Part shown: piece by piece, positions 53,511-63,169 of the stretch
Layout: the number at the start of each line of letters is the position of its first letter
How positions within the stretch are numbered: the stretch's first letter is position 1
Origin: Lapillicoccus sp.
GTDB lineage: Bacteria; Actinomycetota; Actinomycetes; Actinomycetales; Dermatophilaceae
Length of the DNA stretch: 63,169 nucleotides
NCBI GenBank assembly: GCA_035762725.1
Contig: DASTNV010000289.1
Location: 1 to 63,169 of the forward strand
Direction of reading: 5' to 3'
The notes under the pieces: model-generated
What the model was told of the DNA's origin: nothing
The model's input: only the letters and a program-made list of their open reading frames with translations
The model's database searches: none
Position numbers and translations under genes: made by a program

Positions 53511-53598
53511 CCCCACGAAGTTCTCCCCACAACGCTCTTCGCTTCGCTCCGAACGTTGCGTGGGCCCGCGCTCCGCTCCGATACTTCGCGGGGACCCC
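53511..53598. repeat. Nested-hairpin intergenic element between convergent genes
   Basis: CCCCACGAAGT/ACTTCGCGGGG outer stem, CCCACAACG/CGTTGCGTGGG inner stem, GCTTCGCTCC and GCTCCGCTCC segments. Confidence 0.5.
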
Positions 53599-53601
53599 GA
53601 C

Positions 53602-54093
53602 TTAGTCGAGCTGACCGGCATACCCCTCGTAGGCCCGGCCCCAGTCCGAATCCCAGGTGTCGGCGACCGCTCGGCCGGCGACCTCGTCGTCGAGGCGCCG
53701 GACGTAGACGTCCCAGCCGGCGGTGTAGCCGGCCACGCTGCTCGCGGACAGGCGGGCATGCGTGACGCGCAGCCGGGCTTGGTCTCCGGCCGGTTCGACG
53801 GCGACGGTGACGAGCGACGTATGCGTGGCGTGCGGCCACTCCCAGGCGAACCCGCGAGGGGCGTCGCAGGCGGTCAGGCGGCAGCCGCGCACCGCGTTGT
53901 CGTCGAACCGGACCGTGAACGTGCCGCCCGGCTCAAGGTCGCCGTCGACCGGTGCGAACCAGCGGGCCAGGCGGTCAGGTTCGGTGACCGCGCGCCACAG
54001 GTCGGCGGGGTCGGTGTCGTAGACGCGGTCGAAGGAGGCCTCGGCGGTGTCTCCGGTTCGCGTGATGGTTCCGAGCAGGGTGCCGGAAGTCAT
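53602..54093 (-). CDS. SRPBCC/AHSA1 family protein
   Basis: DLWRAVTEPDRLARWF, AGWDVYVRRL. Confidence 0.87.
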   Translation of the reverse strand: MTSGTLLGTITRTGDTAEASFDRVYDTDPADLWRAVTEPDRLARWFAPVDGDLEPGGTFTVRFDDNAVRGCRLTACDAPRGFAWEWPHATHTSLVTVAVEPAGDQARLRVTHARLSASSVAGYTAGWDVYVRRLDDEVAGRAVADTWDSDWGRAYEGYAGQLD

Positions 54094-54419
54094 GAGGTCT
54101 CCTGGGGTCGGGCGGCGCGGCGGCCGCGGGTGATCTCGGTATCGAGGGCGTCGAGGCGCTGCGACCAGAACCGCCGCACGTCGGCGCACCACTGCTCGAC
54201 CTCGTCGAGGACGACCGGTCGCAGCGAGTAGATCCGGCGCTGGGCCTCCTGGCGGACCTCGACGACCTCCGCTTCCCGGAGGACGCGCAGGTGGCGGCTC
54301 ACGCCCGGGCGAGCGATGTCGAACGCCTCGGCCAACGCACCGGCGGTGGCCTCGCCGACAGCCAGCCGCCGGACGATCTCGCGGCGGGTCGGGTCGGCGA
54401 GCGCCTCCCAGATCTCCAT
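54090..54419 (-). CDS. ArsR family regulator
   Basis: EALADPTRR, IARPGVSRHLRVL, AQRRIYSL, FWSQRLDALDTEI. Confidence 0.9.
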   Translation of the reverse strand: MEIWEALADPTRREIVRRLAVGEATAGALAEAFDIARPGVSRHLRVLREAEVVEVRQEAQRRIYSLRPVVLDEVEQWCADVRRFWSQRLDALDTEITRGRRAARPQETS

Positions 54420-54429
54420 GCCGCCTTGT

Positions 54430-54461
54430 GTACCTTATTCGTTACGTAACCGTCAAGGTAC
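54430..54461. promoter_or_regulatory. Tandem ArsR operator boxes
   Basis: GTACC-N6-GTTAC directly followed by GTAAC-N6-GGTAC, together an imperfect 32-bp inverted repeat containing a minus-strand TTGACG. Confidence 0.65.
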
Positions 54462-54470
54462 CTTTGGAAG

Positions 54471-55526
54471 TCAGGCGCGGACCAGGGTCACCGGCATCGA
54501 GGAGTCGGCCGGCAGGTCCAGGGCCGACGGCGCCACGCCGCGGGCGACCATCTGCGCGCCGAGCGCCGCCACCATGGCCCCGTTGTCGGTGCAGAGCCCC
54601 GGTCGCGGTACCCGCAACCGGATCCCGCCCGACTCACACCGTTCCAGGGCCAGCGCCCGCAGCCTCGAGTTCGCCGCCACGCCGCCACCGATGAGGAGGT
54701 CGTCGACCCCCTCGGCACGACAGGCGGCTACCGCCTTCCGGGTCAGCACGTCGACCACCGCCTCCTGGAAGCTCGCCGCCACATCGGCCACCGGCACCGG
54801 TGAGCCGGACTGCTCCTGCAGCTGGACCCACCGGGACACCGCCGTCTTCAGCCCGGAGAACGAGAAGTCGAACCGGTGCCGCTCGAGGTCCCTGCCCGCC
54901 GTCAGCCCGCGGGGGAACTCGATCGCCACCGAGGATCCGCTCAGTGCGGCCCGGTCGATGTGCGGGCCGCCCGGGAAGGGCAGCCCGAGAACCCGCGCCA
55001 CCTTGTCGAACGCCTCCCCCGCCGCGTCGTCGATCGTCGACCCCAGCGGCTGGACGTCCTTCGTGACGTCGGGTACCAGCAGCAGCGACGAGTGCCCGCC
55101 ACTGACCAACAGGGCCATCGTCGGCTCGGGCAGCGGGCCGTGCTCGACGACGTCCACCGCGACGTGCGAGGCCAGGTGGTTGACGCCATACAAGGGCTTC
55201 CCCAGCCCCACCGCGAGCGCCTTGGCCGCGGCCACGCCAACCAGCAGCGCCCCCGCCAGCCCCGGACCCGAGGTCACCGCGATCGCGTCCAGGTCGGCGA
55301 GACGCACGCCCGAGGTCTGGCAGGCCCGTTCGATCGTCGGAACCATCGCCTCCAGGTGCGCCCGAGACGCCACCTCCGGGACGACGCCCCCGAACCGGGC
55401 GTGCTCGTCGACGCTGCTCGCCACCGCGTCGACCAGCAGCGTCGAGCCCCGCACGATCCCGACACCCGTCTCGTCGCAGGACGTCTCGATCCCGAGGACC
55501 AGCGGCTCGTCAGCCACGACCATCAC
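54471..55526 (-). CDS. tsaD: tRNA t6A37 threonylcarbamoyltransferase (start may be 55517)
   Basis: [46 protein letters not shown]. Confidence 0.96.
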   Translation of the reverse strand: MMVVADEPLVLGIETSCDETGVGIVRGSTLLVDAVASSVDEHARFGGVVPEVASRAHLEAMVPTIERACQTSGVRLADLDAIAVTSGPGLAGALLVGVAAAKALAVGLGKPLYGVNHLASHVAVDVVEHGPLPEPTMALLVSGGHSSLLLVPDVTKDVQPLGSTIDDAAGEAFDKVARVLGLPFPGGPHIDRAALSGSSVAIEFPRGLTAGRDLERHRFDFSFSGLKTAVSRWVQLQEQSGSPVPVADVAASFQEAVVDVLTRKAVAACRAEGVDDLLIGGGVAANSRLRALALERCESGGIRLRVPRPGLCTDNGAMVAALGAQMVARGVAPSALDLPADSSMPVTLVRA

Positions 55527-55968
55527 CCACCCGTCGCCGCATGACGACCGCGTCGACGCCGTCCGGCTGGTAGTACCGCCGCCGCACCGCCACCTCGGCG
55601 AACCCGTGCCGCTCGTACAGCCGCCGCGCCGGACCGTTGTCGGCCCGAACCTCCAGCATCACCGAACCGGCGCCGTCGTCCGCCGCCCGCCGCAGCAGCT
55701 CGTCCACCAGCCGGTCCCCGAGCCCCTGGCCGCGCCGCCCCGGCGCGACGGCCACCGTCATCACGTCGGCGACCTCCCCGCCCAGGTCGACACCGGCATA
55801 CCCGTCGATCCCGTCCGATCCCTCGAGGACCACGTACGACCGGCGCGGCCGCCCGGCCAGCTCGCCCCACCATGTCGGCTCCGACCAGGCGTCCGTCGCG
55901 AAGAGCTCGCGCTCCAGCCGCGCCAGCTGCGGGATGTCCCGCCACGTCATCTCGCGCAGCTCGCTCAC
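55510..55968 (-). CDS. rimI: Ribosomal protein N-acetyltransferase
   Basis: [29 protein letters not shown]; between tsaB and tsaD. Confidence 0.9.
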   Translation of the reverse strand: MSELREMTWRDIPQLARLERELFATDAWSEPTWWGELAGRPRRSYVVLEGSDGIDGYAGVDLGGEVADVMTVAVAPGRRGQGLGDRLVDELLRRAADDGAGSVMLEVRADNGPARRLYERHGFAEVAVRRRYYQPDGVDAVVMRRRVGDGRG

Positions 55969-56630
55969 CCGAGGGCCGACTTCGTCGTGACCGACGGTGC
56001 CGCGTCCGGCCGCCGCAGGTAGATCGGCTCGTGCTCGTCGACCGGGTCCCCGGCGGCCAGCCGCCGCACGACGAGGTCGGCCAGCGTCGCGGCCGACACG
56101 TCGAGCGGCCCGTCCAGAGCCTGCGCGAAGGCCGACGGGTAGAGCAACGGCCCCCGTCCTACCGCAGGAAGGTCCACGACCTCCGCAGGCAGGTCGGCCG
56201 GCTTGCTGACGTGCGGCCCGTCGAGCCGAGCCGGTATGCGCGCGCCCGCCACCGCGTACCGCGCCCAGTAGACCTCCTTGCGTCGGGCGTCGGTCGCCAC
56301 GACGACCTCGCCGTCGACGCCGACCTCGGCGGCCAGCGCGTCGAGGCTGCACAGGCCGTGCAGCCGCGCCCCGGTCACCAGCGCCAGGGTCCGCGCCGTG
56401 ACGATCCCGACTCGTAGGCCGGTGAACGGACCCGGCCCCAGCCCGCAGGCGATGTCGGTGAGGTCGCTCGGCCCCACACCAGCCTCCAAGAGGACCCGCG
56501 TGATCCCGGGCGCGAGGTGCTCGGCGTGTCCGCGGGCGTCCAGCGTGGTCGCCTCCGCAAGGACCACCGACCCGTCGTGCAGCGCCACGGAGATCGCCGT
56601 CGTCGACGTGTCGATGGCGAGCAGCAGCAC
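55965..56630 (-). CDS. tsaB: t6A biosynthesis protein TsaB
   Basis: LAIDTST, GPGPFTGLRVG, DARRKEVY, PIYLRRPDA. Confidence 0.95.
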   Translation of the reverse strand: MLLLAIDTSTTAISVALHDGSVVLAEATTLDARGHAEHLAPGITRVLLEAGVGPSDLTDIACGLGPGPFTGLRVGIVTARTLALVTGARLHGLCSLDALAAEVGVDGEVVVATDARRKEVYWARYAVAGARIPARLDGPHVSKPADLPAEVVDLPAVGRGPLLYPSAFAQALDGPLDVSAATLADLVVRRLAAGDPVDEHEPIYLRRPDAAPSVTTKSALG

Positions 56631-56639
56631 CCCGGCAGG

Positions 56640-57101
56640 CTACCGATCGGCCCAGCGCCCGCCGACGCCGGACAGCGTCGCGGTCCGCACCTCGCCGGGT
56701 CCGGTCGTGAGAACCACCTCGAGGTACGCGTCGGCCAGCCGTTCAGCGACCCCGTGGCCCCACTCCACCACGGTCACCGACTCGTCGATGTCGGCATCGA
56801 GGTCGAGGTCGTCGAGCTCGAGGGCACCGCCCAGCCGGTAGGCGTCGACGTGCACCAGCGCGGGTCCGCCGACCAGCGACGGGTGCACCCGGGCGATGAC
56901 GAAGGTCGGCGATGTCACCGGCCCCCGCACGCCGAGGCCCGCGCCGATGCCCTGGGTCAGCGTGGTCTTGCCCGCGCCGAGACCACCGGTGAGGACGACG
57001 AGGTCACCGGCCCGCAGCAGCCGGCCGAGCCGCATACCGAAGGCATGGGTGTCCTCCGCCGAGACCAGGCCGACCCGGTCCGGGAGACCTCCGGTGGTCA
57101 C
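56640..57101 (-). CDS. tsaE: t6A biosynthesis ATPase TsaE
   Basis: LGAGKTT, VTSPTF, HVDAYRL, VVEW. Confidence 0.95.
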   Translation of the reverse strand: MTTGGLPDRVGLVSAEDTHAFGMRLGRLLRAGDLVVLTGGLGAGKTTLTQGIGAGLGVRGPVTSPTFVIARVHPSLVGGPALVHVDAYRLGGALELDDLDLDADIDESVTVVEWGHGVAERLADAYLEVVLTTGPGEVRTATLSGVGGRWADR

Positions 57102-58330
57102 GAGGCCTCGCGGCGCCGCTCTCGGCTGGATCGGGGCCGCGACGGACTGTCGTTAGCGCGGTCCAGTCGCTCGAGCCCGCGCTCGATCCGGCGCTTCTTG
57201 TCGACGTCGGTCACCACCCGCCGCACCCGCGGCACGAGCTCCGCGGGGATCTCCTCGTCGGCGCGGCGGGTGGCCCGCTGGATGAGCGCGTCGAGCTGCT
57301 GGTTGAGCAGGTCGGGATGCTCGAGCATGATGACGTGCCCCGCGTCGCGGACGATGACGTGCTGGGCGCCCGGGAGCGCCCGGACGATCGCCTCGCTGTG
57401 TACCGGTGGGGTGAGGATGTCCTGCTCGCCGTTGAAGACGAGGGTCTCGCAGCCCGCGTAGTTGACCAGGCCGGCCGTCTGGTCGTAGTCGTCGAACGCC
57501 GGCGTGAACGACGACAGCACGGTGAGGTTGGTGCCGAGCAGCATCTTCGCGGCGAGCTTGACGACGCTGCGGGGTACCGGCGAGGCGAACGAGTACCGCT
57601 CGACGAGGAAGTCGGCCAGCTCCGAGTTGGCCGAGAGGATGTTCTTGAGCAGCTCGGGACGGTGCTCGAAGACTCCGGCCACGCCCGGACCGAGCCGTTC
57701 GATCATCAGCCGGCCGATCGTCGGCGCGAACCCGCCGGCGGCGAGCGGCATACCCCCCGCCGACGTCGAGATCGCTCCGAAGGCGACCACCCGGTCGCGG
57801 ACCAGGTGCGGATGGAGGGCGCCGAGGGCCATCGTCGTCATGCCGCCCATCGAGTGCCCGACCAGGGTGAGTGGGCCCTCCGGGGCGGTCTGCTCGATGA
57901 CCGTCGCGAGGTCCTCACCGAGCTGGGCGATGGTGTACGACGAGGCGGCGCCGCGACCGGACTTCCCGTGGCCGCGCTGGTCCCAGACGACGACGCGGTA
58001 CCCCGCCCACCGCAGGTACCGCCGCTGGAACACCCAGCACTCGGACGTCAGGCAGTAGCCATGGGACAGGACCACGGTCGGCCGCGGCTGGCCGTCCTCG
58101 TCGACGCCGTCGCCGGACAGCGGCTCGTCGACCTCGACGTGGAGGGATACGCCGTCGGTGGAGATGACATCCAGCTCGCGGCTGGGCTTCTCCACCAGGC
58201 TCGCACCGGTCTCCAGGGCGTCCTGACGACGCCGGTGCATCCGGTCCGCGACGATGCCCGCGGCCGTCGCCGCTCCGGCCACGCCGAGACCGATGCCCAG
58301 GCCGATCAGGCCGTTCTTGCTCGAACTCAC
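57098..58330 (-). CDS. Alpha/beta hydrolase
   Basis: SHGYCL, DQRGHG, GHSMGG, GEQD, AGH; lies between alr and tsaE. Confidence 0.9.
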   Translation of the reverse strand: MSSSKNGLIGLGIGLGVAGAATAAGIVADRMHRRRQDALETGASLVEKPSRELDVISTDGVSLHVEVDEPLSGDGVDEDGQPRPTVVLSHGYCLTSECWVFQRRYLRWAGYRVVVWDQRGHGKSGRGAASSYTIAQLGEDLATVIEQTAPEGPLTLVGHSMGGMTTMALGALHPHLVRDRVVAFGAISTSAGGMPLAAGGFAPTIGRLMIERLGPGVAGVFEHRPELLKNILSANSELADFLVERYSFASPVPRSVVKLAAKMLLGTNLTVLSSFTPAFDDYDQTAGLVNYAGCETLVFNGEQDILTPPVHSEAIVRALPGAQHVIVRDAGHVIMLEHPDLLNQQLDALIQRATRRADEEIPAELVPRVRRVVTDVDKKRRIERGLERLDRANDSPSRPRSSRERRREAS

Positions 58331-59472
58331 GCCTTCCCTCCGACATAGACCCTGGGCACCCGCGGCCCGATCCGCGTCACGATCTCATAGCTGATCGTGC
58401 CGGTCGCGTCCGCCCACGCCTGCGCGGACGGCCCGTCCGGATCCGCGCCGAAGAGGACGACCTCGTCACCCTCGCGCGCCTCGGAGTCCGGACCGAGGTC
58501 GACGACGAACTGGTCCATGCATACCCGCCCGGCGATCACGTTAGGCCTGCCCTGCACCGAGACCGGGCCGACGTTGGTGGCGTTGCGAGGGATCCCGTCG
58601 GCGTAGCCGAGCGGGACCAGCCCGAGCACGGTCTCCCGCGGGGTCGTGTAGGCGTGACCGTAGGAGACGCCTTGCCCGGCCGGGACCCGCTTGACCAGGG
58701 ACAACCGCGCCACGAGCGTCATCGCCGGGGTCAGCCCGTATGCCTGCGGTCCGGCCAGCTGGGGCACCGGGCTCAGGCCATAGACGGCGATGCCGGGGCG
58801 GACGAGGTCGTAGTGGACCGACGAGTTCGTCACGGTCGCGGCCGAGTTGGCGAGGTGGCGCACCTCCAGCTTGCAGCCGGCGGCTTCGGCGGCGCGGATC
58901 GCCTCCTCGAAGACCTCGCGCTGGCGGCGGACCGTCGGATGGTCGGGTTCGTCGGCGTAGGCGAAGTGCGACCACACGCCGACGACCCGGATGCTGCCCT
59001 CCGCCTCGTGGAGCCTGGCCGCCGCGATGAGGTCGAGGAAGTCCTGGCCGTACGCCCCGTTGCGACCAAGGCCGGTGTCGGCCTTGAGGTGCACGCGGGC
59101 GGTCCGGCCGGTGGTGCGCGCGGCCGTGACGATGTCGTCGAGGGCCCAGGTCGCCGAGGCGGCGACGTCGATGTCGCGGGTGAGGGGGGCCGTGAAGTCA
59201 TTACCGGGGACGTGCAGCCAGGTGAAGAGCCGGCCCTGGACGCCGGCGTCGCGCAGCGCGACCGCCTCCGGCTGCTGGGCGGTCCCGAGCCAGGTGGCGC
59301 CGCCGGCCTGAGCGGCCCTAGCCGCCTGGAGCAGCCCGTGCCCGTAGGCGTCGGCCTTGACGATGGCCATCAGCTCGGCCGTTGCCGACTGCTCGTGGAG
59401 GGCCCGGACGTTCGCCGTGATGGCGTCGAGATCGACGACGGCGGCGCCGGGCGCACCGGTGGGCAGGGTCAC
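58327..59472 (-). CDS. alr: Alanine racemase
   Basis: AIVKADAYGHG, HLKADTGLGRNG, GVSYG, GRVCMDQ. Confidence 0.96.
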   Translation of the reverse strand: MTLPTGAPGAAVVDLDAITANVRALHEQSATAELMAIVKADAYGHGLLQAARAAQAGGATWLGTAQQPEAVALRDAGVQGRLFTWLHVPGNDFTAPLTRDIDVAASATWALDDIVTAARTTGRTARVHLKADTGLGRNGAYGQDFLDLIAAARLHEAEGSIRVVGVWSHFAYADEPDHPTVRRQREVFEEAIRAAEAAGCKLEVRHLANSAATVTNSSVHYDLVRPGIAVYGLSPVPQLAGPQAYGLTPAMTLVARLSLVKRVPAGQGVSYGHAYTTPRETVLGLVPLGYADGIPRNATNVGPVSVQGRPNVIAGRVCMDQFVVDLGPDSEAREGDEVVLFGADPDGPSAQAWADATGTISYEIVTRIGPRVPRVYVGGKA

Positions 59473-59577
59473 GGGCGTCAGTGTGGCAGGCGAGGCTCCT
59501 GAGCCCCCCGCGTCTCCGGTTCGTGCTCTGAGTCGCACCGAAATCCGTACTCGCGCCGCACGAATCAGCGGGAGGCG

Positions 59578-61035
59578 TCACGCATACCGGAGAAGCGCGG
59601 CGACGGTCTCGGGTATGCGTCGGGCCACCTCGCTGATCCGGACCGGACCTCCGGGGTTGGCCCGGTCTGCGGCCACCCCGTGGACGAGGGCGCCGAGCGC
59701 CCCGGCGTCAAGCGGGTCGAGTCCCGCGGCGAGGAGGGTGCCCAGCAGGCCGCCGAGGACGTCGCCGGCGCCGGCGGTGGCCAGCCACGCGGGAGCGTCG
59801 GCCTGGCTGCGGACCGCCCGGTTCGCGTCGGGAGAGACGACGAGGGTATGCGCGCCCTTGAGCAGGACAGTGCACCTGGTCCGCTCGGCCGCCTCGCGGG
59901 CATGGGCGAGGGGTGCGGCACTGACCTGCTCACGGTTGACCTCCTCGCCGCGGAGCCGGGTCAGCAGCCGGGCCAGCTCACCCGCGTGAGGGGTGAGCAG
60001 CGTCGGCGCGTCGCGACGTCCGACCAGCTCCAGCGCGCCCGCGTCGACAACGGCCGGCAGGTCGGACGCCAGGGCCTCTTCCACATGGTGCTTCTGCTCG
60101 GCCACTCCCTTGGCGCGGCTCGACGGGTCGAACCCCGACCCGCACACCCACGCCTGGACCCGGCCCTCGGCGGTGACCGCCTCCGGCGCCGCCGCGTGGA
60201 CGAGCGCCTGGACCTCGGGCGGCCCGTAGTACCGGACCATGCCTGGCCCGGCACCAAGCGCCCCGAGCACGCTGAGGACGGCGGCCCCGGGATACGTGGG
60301 CGTCCCCGCGACGATGCCGACCACGCCGCGGGAGTACTTGTCCGAGCTCGCGCCCGGAACGGGCCAGAGCGCGGCGACGTCGTCGAAGGTGAGCCGCTCC
60401 ACCACCGACTTCCCCGATTCCACGGCCAGGCCGATGTCGACGACGGTCAGCCGGCCGACCGCGGGCTCGGTGGCCGGGAGCAGGTGAACCGGCTTGGGGA
60501 CGCCGAAGGTGACCGTCTCGTCCGCAAAGACGGCGTCGCTGACCGGCACCTCGCCGGCCGGGTCGGCGCCACTCGGCAGGTCGACGGCCACAACCCAGGC
60601 GTCCTCGGGAACCCCGTCGGCCCAGGCGACCGCATCGCCGCTGAGCCCGGGTCGCCCGCCGATCCCGAGGATCCCGTCGACGACGACGTCGGCCTCGGCC
60701 AACACCGAACCCCACGCGTCGCCGTCGCCCGGGACCAGGGCCACTCCCGCGACACGGGCCGCCTCGAGGCCGCCGCCATGAGCAGACGCCGCGTGCACCG
60801 CCGCCGCGGCGAACCCCTGCTCGGCAAGGTGGGCCAACGCATACAGGGCGTCCCCGCCGTTGTTGCCGGCCCCGACCAGGCCGACGACACGCATACCGCC
60901 GCGTTCCTCGAGCCGCGCGGCGACGACGGCAGCGAGTCCCCGAGCGGCCCGGCTCATCAGCTCGCCGTCGGGCAGGGCCGACATCGCCGCCTCCTCGGCG
61001 GCGCGGACGTCGGCGACGGAGTAGGCCTCGATCAC
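59578..61035 (-). CDS. nnr: Bifunctional NAD(P)HX epimerase/dehydratase
   Basis: GAGNNGGD, DLPSG, DKYSRG, LTPHAGE, LATAGAGDVL. Confidence 0.93.
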   Translation of the reverse strand: MIEAYSVADVRAAEEAAMSALPDGELMSRAARGLAAVVAARLEERGGMRVVGLVGAGNNGGDALYALAHLAEQGFAAAAVHAASAHGGGLEAARVAGVALVPGDGDAWGSVLAEADVVVDGILGIGGRPGLSGDAVAWADGVPEDAWVVAVDLPSGADPAGEVPVSDAVFADETVTFGVPKPVHLLPATEPAVGRLTVVDIGLAVESGKSVVERLTFDDVAALWPVPGASSDKYSRGVVGIVAGTPTYPGAAVLSVLGALGAGPGMVRYYGPPEVQALVHAAAPEAVTAEGRVQAWVCGSGFDPSSRAKGVAEQKHHVEEALASDLPAVVDAGALELVGRRDAPTLLTPHAGELARLLTRLRGEEVNREQVSAAPLAHAREAAERTRCTVLLKGAHTLVVSPDANRAVRSQADAPAWLATAGAGDVLGGLLGTLLAAGLDPLDAGALGALVHGVAADRANPGGPVRISEVARRIPETVAALLRYA

Positions 61036-61039
61036 GAGG

Positions 61040-61390
61040 TCAACCCTCCGCCACCACGACCGCCGACGCGATCCCGGCGTCGTGCGACATGGACAGGTGG
61101 AACGCGGCGACCCCGAGATCGTCGGCGCGCGACTCGACGCTGCCGGTCACCCGCAGCGACGGGCGGCCGTTGCCGTCCTGGACCACGGTCGCGTCGAGCC
61201 AGCTCAGCCCGGCCGGCGCGCCGAGCGACTTGGCCAGCGCCTCCTTGGCGGCGAACCGGGCGGCCAGCGAGGCCAGTCCGAGGTGTCGCTCGGTCGGGGT
61301 GAAGAGGCGCTCCCGGAGGGCCGGGCTGCGGTCGAGGGTCTGTCCGAACCGCTCGATGTCGACGACGTCGATCCCGACCCCGATGATCAC
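61040..61390 (-). CDS. acpS: Holo-ACP synthase
   Basis: [24 protein letters not shown]. Confidence 0.95.
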   Translation of the reverse strand: MIIGVGIDVVDIERFGQTLDRSPALRERLFTPTERHLGLASLAARFAAKEALAKSLGAPAGLSWLDATVVQDGNGRPSLRVTGSVESRADDLGVAAFHLSMSHDAGIASAVVVAEG

Positions 61391-63168
61391 TCGACCGTGA
61401 CCGACTTGGCGAGGTTGCGCGGCTGGTCGACGTCGAGGCCCTTCGCCGAGGCCAGCTCGCAGGCGAACACCTGGAGCGGGACGACGGTGAGCAGCGGCGC
61501 CAGCAGCGTGGACACCGCCGGGACGCGGATCACCTCGTCGGCGAAGGGCACCACGTCCTCGTCACCCTCCTCGGCCACGACGATCGTCCGGGCGCCGCGG
61601 GCGCGGATCTCCTGGATGTTCGACACGAGCTTCGCGTGCAGGCCGTGAGCGGTCGACGGCGCCGGCACGACGACGAACACCGGCTGCCCGGGTTCGATGA
61701 GGGCGATCGGGCCGTGCTTGAGCTCGCCCGCGGCGAACCCTTCCGCGTGGATGTAGGCGAGCTCCTTGAGCTTCAGCGCTCCCTCCAGCGCGACGGGGAA
61801 CCCGACGTGCCGGCCGAGGAACAGCACCGCCCGCGAGTCGGCCATGAACCGGGCGAACTCGCGGACCCGGCCCATCGAGTCGAGGACGGTCTGGATCTTG
61901 TCCGGCACGCCCTGCAGCTCCGACATCACCGCGGCCGCCTGGGCCGCCGACGACTCGTCGCCCCGCAGCTGCGCCAGGTACAGACCCAGGATGTAGACGG
62001 CAGTGATCTGGGCGAGGAACGCCTTGGTCGACGCGACGGCGATCTCCGGACCGGCGTGCGTGTAGAGCACCGCGTCGGACTCGCGAGGGATCGTCGCGCC
62101 GTGGGTGTTGCAGATCGAGATGGTCAGCGCACCCAGCTCGCGGGCGTGCTTCACCGCCATGAGCGTGTCCATCGTCTCGCCGGACTGGCTGATCGAGACG
62201 ACCAGCGTGCGGCCGTCGATGACCGGGTCGCGGTAGCGGAACTCGTGCGCCAGCTCGACCTCGCAGGGTATGCGGGTCCAGTGCTCGATCGCGTACTTGG
62301 CGATCATCCCGGCGTAGGCCGCCGTGCCGCAGGCGATGACGACGATCTTGTCGACGTTGCGGAGGGCGGTCTCGGAGATGCGGAGCTCGTCGAGCACCAG
62401 GCGTCCCGATTGGTCGGTGCGGCCCAGCAGGGTGTCCGCGACGGCCTGCGGCTGCTCCTGGATCTCCTTGCTCATGAAGTTCGGGTAGCCGCCCTTCTCG
62501 GCGGCGGCGGCGTCCCAGTCGACGTGGTAGGGCCGGCCCTCGACCGGACTGCCGTCGAACCCGATCACCGCGACCGAGGACGGTGTGATCGTGGCGATCT
62601 GGTCCTGCCCGAGCTCGAGGGCGTCGCGGGTGTGCCCGATGAACGCCGCGACGTCGGAGCCGAGGAAGTTCTCGCCGTCGCCGAGCCCGACGACGAGCGG
62701 GCTGTTGCGCCGCGCCCCCACGACGACCCCCGGGGCATCGGCGTGGATCGCCAGCAGCGTGAACGCGCCCTCGAGGTCGCCGACGACAAGCCGCATCGCC
62801 TCGGTGAGGTCGCGGGTCTCGTCGAAGGCCCTCGCCACTAGATGGGCGGCCACCTCGGTGTCGGTCTCGGACGTGAACTGGACGCCGTCGTCGACGAGCT
62901 TGGCCTTGAGGCTGTGGAAGTTCTCGATGATCCCGTTGTGGATCAGGGCCAGCTTGCCGTCGCTGCCGCCGCGGTGCGGGTGGGCGTTGTGGTCGGTCGG
63001 CCCCCCGTGGGTGGCCCAGCGGGTATGCCCGATGCCGGTGCTCGACGGCGGCAGCGGGTGGGCGGCGATCGCCTCCCGCAGGTTGCCCAGCTTGCCGGAC
63101 CGCTTCTCCGTGGCGACGTGGTCGCCGTCGACGAGCGCGACGCCGGCCGAGTCGTAGCCGCGGTACTC
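61387..63168 (-). CDS. glmS: Glutamine-fructose-6-phosphate aminotransferase (partial; N-terminus beyond right edge)
   Basis: [37 protein letters not shown]. Confidence 0.97.
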   Translation of the reverse strand, partial: EYRGYDSAGVALVDGDHVATEKRSGKLGNLREAIAAHPLPPSSTGIGHTRWATHGGPTDHNAHPHRGGSDGKLALIHNGIIENFHSLKAKLVDDGVQFTSETDTEVAAHLVARAFDETRDLTEAMRLVVGDLEGAFTLLAIHADAPGVVVGARRNSPLVVGLGDGENFLGSDVAAFIGHTRDALELGQDQIATITPSSVAVIGFDGSPVEGRPYHVDWDAAAAEKGGYPNFMSKEIQEQPQAVADTLLGRTDQSGRLVLDELRISETALRNVDKIVVIACGTAAYAGMIAKYAIEHWTRIPCEVELAHEFRYRDPVIDGRTLVVSISQSGETMDTLMAVKHARELGALTISICNTHGATIPRESDAVLYTHAGPEIAVASTKAFLAQITAVYILGLYLAQLRGDESSAAQAAAVMSELQGVPDKIQTVLDSMGRVREFARFMADSRAVLFLGRHVGFPVALEGALKLKELAYIHAEGFAAGELKHGPIALIEPGQPVFVVVPAPSTAHGLHAKLVSNIQEIRARGARTIVVAEEGDEDVVPFADEVIRVPAVSTLLAPLLTVVPLQVFACELASAKGLDVDQPRNLAKSVTVE

Positions 63169-63169
63169 G

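Noticed and set aside
59520-59564. TTCGTGC...GCACGAA inverted repeat between nnr and alr
   Set aside because: Only 7-bp arms; too weak to call without copies elsewhere.

Overview
High-GC (about 70-73% by eye) actinobacterial chromosome segment, probably Micrococcales/Intrasporangiaceae-like (inferred from gene order). The backbone is the conserved minus-strand run glmS-acpS-nnr-alr-hydrolase-tsaE-tsaB-rimI-tsaD ... groES-groEL ... whiB3 / SigD(ShbA)-like sigma ... guaB-guaB3 ... guaA, ending in a PspC-kinase/PspC envelope-stress locus. Accessory blocks: a GT4/PIG-L deacetylase/flippase lipid-modification module; murT-gatD; three ArsR-SRPBCC modules with related operators; an IclR-controlled aromatic ring-cleavage cluster (amidohydrolase, CoA transferase, citryl-CoA-lyase-like, LigB/LigA-like, MDR oxidoreductase); and a 6-kb dihydroxyacetone kinase island bracketed by a 64-bp duplication of the 3' end of an MFS gene. 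The main unexplained signal is the hexamer GCATAC/GTATGC. It occurs about 65-70 times by manual count, on both strands and in several reading frames, often via rare codons, and it is also amplified into a 19-bp tandem array after whiB3. No tRNA, rRNA, CRISPR array, integrase or transposase was recognised. All product calls come from motif recognition by eye; no database searches were run.
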